59,864 bases of DNA. Origin: Syntrophales bacterium (GTDB taxonomy: Bacteria > Desulfobacterota > Syntrophia > Syntrophales > JADFWA01). The notes below the pieces were generated by a model, which ran no database searches, was not told the DNA's origin, and was given only the letters and a program-made list of their open reading frames with translations. This document shows, piece by piece, positions 53,668 to 59,864 of this stretch. Within the stretch, counting starts at the first letter, position 1, and each line of letters starts with the position of its first letter. The stretch spans positions 1 to 59,864 of the forward strand of contig JAUSPI010000186.1 of NCBI GenBank assembly GCA_030655775.1, read 5' to 3'. The position numbers and the translations under genes are program-made.

Positions 53668-53694
53668 ACCCCCACTAAAACAGGACAAAGCTGA

Positions 53695-54984
53695 ATGGAG
53701 ATATCAATGAGTAAAGTCGATTTATTCGCCGAGAAAAAGCCAATCCTGGGCATTAACGGCCTTGGAAGAATTGGCAAGCTGACTTTATGGCATCATATCG
53801 AGAGAAAATATTTCAAGGAAATTGTTGTCAATCATGGAAGAGATATTGGACAGGGGTTACATGCCGTCGCACAGATGATAGAGAAAGACTCAACCTATGG
53901 GTTAATGCATACATTCTTATACGGGATAAATGCAAAACCCATAATCAAAATTATCGATGAGAAACAGGGCAAACTACTAATTGACGGAATTCCTGTGACC
54001 ATCTTACGAAAAGCGAGAAATCCCAAAGATATTTCCTGGCGCGATTACGGAGTCGATGTCGTAGCAGAATGTACGGGTAATTTTAGAGATCCAACGCTAA
54101 AGCCGAATGACGAAAAAGGAACAATAAGGGGCCATTCTTTAGGCGGGGCAAAAGTTATAATCAATTCATCCGCCTTCAGGATTAAAAACAAAGCGCTGTC
54201 TATGCCGGAAGATGCTGTTACGTTGATCTATGGTATTAATCATCAAGTATTCAACCCGAAGAAACACACCATTATTTCAGCTGCATCATGTACAACCACA
54301 GCACTTGCACACATGATAAAACCTCTTTTGGAAAATGAAAAAACCAACTCTATGCTTACTGCTTCAATGTCAACCATCCACGCTGTGACAAACTCACAAA
54401 AGGTGTTGGACAGTGTACCTGAGGCCGGAGCAGAAGACTTAAGAAAAAACAGAAGCATTTTAGATAATATTATTTTAACCTCAACGAATGCAGCTGAGGC
54501 CCTGGCCCAAGTCATTCCCGAAGTTAGCAAGATCGGCTTTATGGCAGATTCGGTCCGGATTCCTATCAAAACAGAATCTTTGATAATTTTAAACATGACT
54601 TTCCAAAGCCGAATGGGAAAGGATGGGAAAATCAGTTTGATTGATACCGAAACAATCAATGAAATATACAAAAAGGCATACGAAAGTGATCCTGAACGAC
54701 TTCTGGTTTATTCAGAAGAACAAAATGTGTCAAGTGATGTTTCCGGAATAGATGCTTCCGTAGTCATTGAAGGACAATTCAATCATAGCAGAATTGCCTT
54801 TTTCAGTGTTGACCTTTCTCACATTCCAGATCTGTCTCCGGAATTTCTGAAATCTTTTCCTCTGAAAAAAATGGACATTCCTGTTGTTCATGCAAAAATA
54901 TTTGGCTGGTATGATAATGAATATGGCAGCTACACAAATAGAATGGGGGATTTAACAGTTTACGTACACAAAGCGTTAAAATAG
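53695..54984 (+). CDS. long-form glyceraldehyde-3-phosphate dehydrogenase family protein
   Basis: GINGLGRIGKL NAD motif, catalytic SAASCTTTALAH, and STIHAVTNSQ. At 429 aa it is ~95 aa longer than canonical Gap. Alternative start 53707 has a better SD. Confidence 0.8.
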   Translation: MEISMSKVDLFAEKKPILGINGLGRIGKLTLWHHIERKYFKEIVVNHGRDIGQGLHAVAQMIEKDSTYGLMHTFLYGINAKPIIKIIDEKQGKLLIDGIPVTILRKARNPKDISWRDYGVDVVAECTGNFRDPTLKPNDEKGTIRGHSLGGAKVIINSSAFRIKNKALSMPEDAVTLIYGINHQVFNPKKHTIISAASCTTTALAHMIKPLLENEKTNSMLTASMSTIHAVTNSQKVLDSVPEAGAEDLRKNRSILDNIILTSTNAAEALAQVIPEVSKIGFMADSVRIPIKTESLIILNMTFQSRMGKDGKISLIDTETINEIYKKAYESDPERLLVYSEEQNVSSDVSGIDASVVIEGQFNHSRIAFFSVDLSHIPDLSPEFLKSFPLKKMDIPVVHAKIFGWYDNEYGSYTNRMGDLTVYVHKALK

Positions 54985-55019
54985 AAAACTGGAAAACTCG
55001 CTTATTAGCTCAGTTTTCT
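54983..55019. terminator. hairpin between convergent GAPDH-like and dikinase-like genes
   Basis: agaaaactg (54983-54991) / cagttttct (55011-55019), a 9-bp stem. Confidence 0.4.
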
Positions 55020-55034
55020 GAATAAATGTTCCTC

Positions 55035-58000
55035 TTATATCTTTACTCTATACGTTTCTGTCGATTTAATACGATGTTTACCTAAATAAACGGCGCCGCT
55101 CCATCCATCAATGCTAATAAAATCACCGCCTTTTAATTTCCGGTCATTGATTTTAATAAAACCATCCCGCTCATAAACTTTCAAACTTTTCAAACCAACA
55201 ACACCGACTTTATTAAGCTGAGGAATAGTCACTGCAGCATGTGAAGTACTTCCGCCTTTGGCAGTAAGCAATCCATCGACTTGACAAACCAATCCAATGT
55301 CTTCCGGAACAGTATCTGGACGAATCAAGATGAGGTGTGTCCCTGGTTCCTTTTTTCTTAAAACTTTAATTTCTTCGTCTGAAAAAACCACTCTTCCACA
55401 AATCGCACCGCCACCAACCCCGATACCAACTCCCAATAAAGACATCTCCAGCTTTTTCGACTCGGCAAAATGCTTTAATTCCATTGACTCCATAGGAGAC
55501 ATATCTCTTGTCTGGAGAATATAAAAGCCATCTTTTGAACCGTTTACAAAAGTAAATTCAATCTCCTGATGGACATATCCTTTTTCGTAAATCAACTCTT
55601 CTGCAATTCGCTTTAGTTTAGAAAACACTTCCGGAAAATCTTTTTCTAACGAAATATTATAATCTTTTTTTTCAGTTTTTCTTTGGGCTTCTGAAATAGG
55701 ATAAGTATCTACAAGACCGGAAACGATATCCTCTCCCTGAATCCCGAATATAAAGTCTCCATTAAGCGCTACTGAAGTAGACAAACCTTTAGGGTGTCGG
55801 GTAAAAACCACACCAGAGCCTGATCTTTCATTCAAATTCCCAAAAACCATTTCCTGGACAACCACGGCGGTTCCCCATTCATCTGAAATATTTAGCTCTT
55901 GCCGGTATAATCTCGCCCGGGAAGAATTCCAGGATTCCAATACTTTCAATATGGCTTTTCCTAATTGTTTACGAGGTTCATCTTCTATATTTATCCCATT
56001 CCTGAGCAGTTCCTGCTTATATAATATTGCTATTTCCTTCATTTGATTCGGTCTAAACTGCAACTTTTTCGAAACGTTATATTTTCTTTTAAAATCATCT
56101 ATGATTTCATCAAAAAAATCACGATTCAACCCTTCAAACATTCCCCAAGCCTGAAGAAACCTTCTATAACAATCCCACGCTGCCCAACCATGGCCCTCCT
56201 TTTTGCTCAACCCTTCAGCTATCTCTTCGTTCATTCCTACATTTAAAAACGAACCCATCATTCCCGGAAGAGAAATGGCTGCTCCACTTCTTACAGAAAA
56301 AAGCAGAGGATTTTCAGGATCACCGAATTTTTTCCCTGTAACATTGTTGATCTTCAATATTTCTTTATCGATACGTTCATCAAGGTCCTTTATGATGCTA
56401 TCGTATCCAAGAACAGCCTCAAGGCAGCGAAAAACTTCTGTAGTAATAATAAAACCGGGAGGAACGGGAAATTTGAACGAGGCCAATTGTTTCAAGAAAT
56501 ATCCCTTGTTCCCCAAAATAATTTGATCATCGTTTTTATGGGGCTTTGTGTGTATTGGACGAATCGCGATATTCGGATTATAGGTCATGAGAATATTCAG
56601 TATGTGCCTGCGCTCTTTAAATTTATCATGCTCAGCACTTAGCGTCCCGATTATGTCGCTAATAAAATTGTCCAGCGTTTGCAACGCAAATGCAGAAGCG
56701 ATCATTGATCGGATAAGTTTTTCCGAGATTTTATAGACAGTTCCTTCGTCTATTTCAGAAAGGCCTTCCCCCCCCTCTCCCTGTTTTTTTTCAACACATT
56801 GCTTAACAATGACAGGTAGATTGGCCTGGTGGGCATCGATATAATAAACTCTGACAATATCTTGAATACTTTTTGAAAGAAAACGAAAGATATCCATATA
56901 CTGATCTATGCCAAAGCGCTTTATCCTAAGTGCACTGTTAAAATATTTCATTTTTGATTCCAAGCCTTCAGTAGCAATCCCTTCCAATTGAAGCGCTTTG
57001 ATAAACAGCCAAAGATATTTGTTAATTTCTGTCAGGGTTATCTTTGTTATAAATTGATGGTTTAAATCATTAATCATCTCCTCAAACAGAACAGTGGCCA
57101 TACTTTGCAGGCGGAAAGATAATCCTAAAGCCTCAAATTTTTCTTCGCGATAGGTTCCATACATGGACGGAATACCCGCAGCGATGTGTCTTTTACGGTA
57201 AATGTTTTCGAAAGATTCTGTCTTTTCAGGTGAAAGGATGCGTGTTTTCAATACGCTCAATAAATCTAAAAGAATGACCAGGCTTTTGTAATAGTTCCTG
57301 CGCTGTAAGAATTTCTGTAAAGCATCTATTTTTGTTTTCTCAAAAACGGAAGAAGATTCTAAATCTTTTATTAAATCCAGATGCCCTATATAATATTTTT
57401 TGTATAAAAGCTGATAAAATTTTAATAAGAGAGCAGCTCTCTCCTTATCTCTTTCCGGAACACGAGGAATTGTTTGCAGGGTTTTCTGAACTTTTGATTC
57501 GTCCCATTCCAGGAATGTACTTGTTTTTTGATTAGCTTTTCTTAGCATCGTTCTAAAAATCTTATGCATTCCATCAAAGTATTCACCAGAATTATCAATT
57601 TCCTCATAAATTTCGTCAGGCAAATACTCTCTTATCTCCTTCTTGTTGCGGGAATTCCAGAATCGAAATATACTTTCCACAAATGAGACCAACGTGCTGT
57701 TGCTTTCCACATGTGATTGCTTTCGCAGAAAATGAATGAGTTTATCTTGACGAAAAGAAGCCTCATCCATTTTAGTTGAAATGTCACGAAGTTCTCCTTC
57801 AGCACCAATTTCATTGAAGAAAACAGGCAAGAGTTTATTTAACTGCATAATTAGATTGCTGGCGGGAGAAATATCGGAATTCAAAAGCGCCGAAATATCT
57901 TTTTGCAGAAGGTCAGTATCACGTACAAAAATGCCTCCTATTTTAAGATTAATAATAAGCGCCGACAATAATCTTTTAGTCCAGCGGGGGTTCATAGAAA

Positions 58001-59252
58001 TAATCTCCAACCAGGATCGAATATTCTGAACATGGAAACGGTTGAATTTCACCTCCCAATCTGTAGTTATGCCTTGAATATCAGGCGATTGAAAACCAAA
58101 AAGAATGATCTGATCGATGAAAGTATCAACTAATTGATGATTGTTCAGCTTGAATATTTCTTTTGCGATAGTATTGATACAGTGGATAGTTGTATCCGGG
58201 TATATATGGCGAGCGCTACTTTGTTGAAGCAAATAAAATGTCTTTTTTACAAATTCATTCAAATCTTGATGCGACTTTTCTGTAAAAACCCTGCTGAGGG
58301 AACGATTTATTTCGATTAAAGCCTCGCGATGAATATCAGATAGACCATCGAGATTAAAGATCTTAAAAAGAAAATTAAGCCTGGCATAATGCTGATGCCC
58401 CGTATAAGCATCTGATCTTTCAAGCTCATCTGCAACTCTTAGATATCCATTCAATATTTGGGAATAATCAGGCAATTGCAGATATCGAGTTATCGCTTCC
58501 CATCCCTTATCGTCAACTGATTGATCAATTTCTTCAAGATCACCAAGTAGCTTTTTCAGGTTAAAATGACTGATAGGAAAAATAAGCTTTTTAAAATTTA
58601 AAAGGGCTTCCCTGTCTTCGCCACTATCATCTAACCAATCTTCAGGGTTTGGCAGGTTCAACCAATAGTCATATGTCGACTTGAAAACGAGATAAAAAAG
58701 CTTTTGCAGATTTTCAACTTGAACCGATACATTATGATTATTTAAATTTGTTAAAATTGCTTTTAAATCCCTCGATTTTTTCTTGAGAAGATAAGGATTT
58801 TCCCGAGAAATTTGGTTAAGAAAGTCAAGGGCTTGTAAAACTAACGGTAAATTTCTTGACAGATGTTCACCACTGTCTGACAAAATTTGCTGAATATAGT
58901 CAAAAAGATAGTCTATTCCTGTTTCTTTTACGGTCTCGTCTTTTGTTCGACTTATAAGATCTAAATAAATTCCGGTTATAATCTGTATGGCTTTTTTTCC
59001 GTTTGGATGGAAGTTATGGTGGTGAAAATCAGCCAAAGAAATTGTTCTCAGTTCTTCTACAACATATTTCCAGTTAATATACGGGTGATTCAATTCTTTC
59101 AAAAATTCTTTTGTTCGTTTATGAATACCATGAGAATCTTTAGCGATCGCAAGGAGAGGCTTATGCTTTTCCGAAATTGTAACGGCAACAGAGGTTTTCT
59201 CTAAATTGGCTTCTAATGCAGACGAACTCCATATTTTTTTGTCTTCAATCAT
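55035..59252 (-). CDS. 1405-aa protein: unrecognised ~900-aa helical N-terminal region + PPDK/PEP-synthase-type ATP-grasp nucleotide-binding domain + phosphohistidine swivel domain; no PEP/pyruvate TIM-barrel domain
   Basis: The C-terminal ~500 aa are colinear with the PPDK N-terminal half: LGNKGYFL..FPVPPGFIITTEVF, NPLLFSVRSGAAISLPGMMGSFLNVGMN, WGTAVVVQEMVFGN..SGSGVVFTRHP, QGEDIVSG, EIEFT...LQTR, and the swivel motif LLTAKGGSTSHAAV. Confidence 0.85.
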   Translation of the reverse strand: MIEDKKIWSSSALEANLEKTSVAVTISEKHKPLLAIAKDSHGIHKRTKEFLKELNHPYINWKYVVEELRTISLADFHHHNFHPNGKKAIQIITGIYLDLISRTKDETVKETGIDYLFDYIQQILSDSGEHLSRNLPLVLQALDFLNQISRENPYLLKKKSRDLKAILTNLNNHNVSVQVENLQKLFYLVFKSTYDYWLNLPNPEDWLDDSGEDREALLNFKKLIFPISHFNLKKLLGDLEEIDQSVDDKGWEAITRYLQLPDYSQILNGYLRVADELERSDAYTGHQHYARLNFLFKIFNLDGLSDIHREALIEINRSLSRVFTEKSHQDLNEFVKKTFYLLQQSSARHIYPDTTIHCINTIAKEIFKLNNHQLVDTFIDQIILFGFQSPDIQGITTDWEVKFNRFHVQNIRSWLEIISMNPRWTKRLLSALIINLKIGGIFVRDTDLLQKDISALLNSDISPASNLIMQLNKLLPVFFNEIGAEGELRDISTKMDEASFRQDKLIHFLRKQSHVESNSTLVSFVESIFRFWNSRNKKEIREYLPDEIYEEIDNSGEYFDGMHKIFRTMLRKANQKTSTFLEWDESKVQKTLQTIPRVPERDKERAALLLKFYQLLYKKYYIGHLDLIKDLESSSVFEKTKIDALQKFLQRRNYYKSLVILLDLLSVLKTRILSPEKTESFENIYRKRHIAAGIPSMYGTYREEKFEALGLSFRLQSMATVLFEEMINDLNHQFITKITLTEINKYLWLFIKALQLEGIATEGLESKMKYFNSALRIKRFGIDQYMDIFRFLSKSIQDIVRVYYIDAHQANLPVIVKQCVEKKQGEGGEGLSEIDEGTVYKISEKLIRSMIASAFALQTLDNFISDIIGTLSAEHDKFKERRHILNILMTYNPNIAIRPIHTKPHKNDDQIILGNKGYFLKQLASFKFPVPPGFIITTEVFRCLEAVLGYDSIIKDLDERIDKEILKINNVTGKKFGDPENPLLFSVRSGAAISLPGMMGSFLNVGMNEEIAEGLSKKEGHGWAAWDCYRRFLQAWGMFEGLNRDFFDEIIDDFKRKYNVSKKLQFRPNQMKEIAILYKQELLRNGINIEDEPRKQLGKAILKVLESWNSSRARLYRQELNISDEWGTAVVVQEMVFGNLNERSGSGVVFTRHPKGLSTSVALNGDFIFGIQGEDIVSGLVDTYPISEAQRKTEKKDYNISLEKDFPEVFSKLKRIAEELIYEKGYVHQEIEFTFVNGSKDGFYILQTRDMSPMESMELKHFAESKKLEMSLLGVGIGVGGGAICGRVVFSDEEIKVLRKKEPGTHLILIRPDTVPEDIGLVCQVDGLLTAKGGSTSHAAVTIPQLNKVGVVGLKSLKVYERDGFIKINDRKLKGGDFISIDGWSGAVYLGKHRIKSTETYRVKI

Positions 59253-59473
59253 ATATGAACCTCTTCTTCTTCAAACCTCTCAACGGCTTTTCCGCCAATC
59301 TTTTTCCAGAAATTCTATCACTTAGGAAGAAGAACCTGAAACTTATATTTTCCTGCCTCAATATGCTTCTAATTTAATATATGATTTCATTGCTGATTTC
59401 AATAAATATTGCCTTCGGCCCATTATATCTTCTTTGCCGGATTACTATGATGGCAACCGCGACGGCAAAAACT

Positions 59474-59549
59474 GTGAATCTCCCCGTCCACCTGTCTGCC
59501 GTGTCCGGCACAGGCAGGCAGGGCGGGGCTTGCGGGTGCACCCCGGTCA
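59474..59549 (+). repeat. Family C element, copy C5 (short variant)
   Basis: gtgaatctccccgtcc...cagggcggggcttgcgggtgcaccccggtca. The AT-rich centre is replaced by a GC hairpin, cctgtctgccgtgtccggcacaggcagg. Confidence 0.6.
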
Positions 59550-59864
59550 TTTGCGGTTGAAATTTGAGATTATGGCAAAACAGGGATTAGAATGTTAATC
59601 GAAAATGGAGCTGTATGCAATTTTCGATTTGATGGTATTGATCAATGTAAATGACGGCTATCCGAACGTGGCTTAATGAGGAAAAGTATTGTTGTCGTCA
59701 CCTACTTATCAACGTCCTTGACTGTACCGAGAGATTACCCATTATTTAGGTGAGTGGCGCAGGGGAACTACCCCCCTGCGCTCTCTCAGAACTGGACGTG
59801 ACAGTCTCCCGTCATCCAGCTCCTATTGTCCAGCCTTGACCTGAGAGGGCCTCCAATGGGCAAA

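Noticed and set aside
59700-59864. Possible end of a mobile element or group II intron-like sequence at the right edge. It shows a gcgcagggg...cccctgcgc hairpin. The reverse-strand translation ..MTGDCHVQF*ESAGG.. is reminiscent of peptides often seen at IS or intron ends.
   Set aside because: The resemblance is only from memory, a stop interrupts the frame, and the window ends before any diagnostic domain. It cannot be supported from this sequence alone.

Overview
This 59.9-kb chromosomal segment is mostly core housekeeping genes. Gene content and the biotin-cluster architecture fit a Desulfobacterota (delta-proteobacterial type) genome, but that is an inference I cannot verify here.

I call 47 protein-coding features, including one gene remnant and one ychF gene interrupted by an in-frame stop. 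I recognised no rRNA, tRNA or CRISPR array by eye.

Main blocks, left to right:
- (1) A BirA-regulated biotin regulon on the minus strand. It comprises bioB, bioA, a hot-dog dehydratase and an SDR, then an ACP, a nitroreductase-fold protein and a KAS. The two halves are separated by a small accessory insert carrying Phd/VapC, a DUF4143-type ATPase and an SDR relic. birA is divergent from bioB.
- (2) ychF (with an in-frame TAA) and typA.
- (3) A three-gene envelope exporter: a LolA-like protein, an MMPL transporter fused to a cNMP-binding domain, and a putative OM barrel.
- (4) asd, pssA, psd and tsaB, followed by the classical rpsB-tsf-pyrH-frr-uppS-cdsA-dxr-rseP cluster.
- (5) argJ, secA, an M23 peptidase, an orphan B12-radical SAM gene, pyk, an M16/M16/M20 peptidase trio, phoH, a 7TM-HD protein, ybeY, an MltD-like gene, prfB (with its +1 frameshift), lnt and corC.
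- (6) A long GAPDH-like paralog convergent with a 1405-aa protein. That protein has a PPDK-type ATP-grasp and phosphohistidine swivel module at its C-terminus, about 900 aa of unrecognised N-terminus, and no PEP/pyruvate TIM-barrel domain.

The most unusual non-coding property is that nearly every intergenic gap is filled by mosaics of several repeat families:
- GC-hairpin elements (families C and D).
- Word-periodic palindromes (A, E, F, G).
- A conserved hairpin (H).
- A true MITE family (B/B') with 8-bp target-site duplications. Filled and empty paralogous sites for it are both present inside this window.

All coordinates and motifs were read by hand. No database search or computation was possible.
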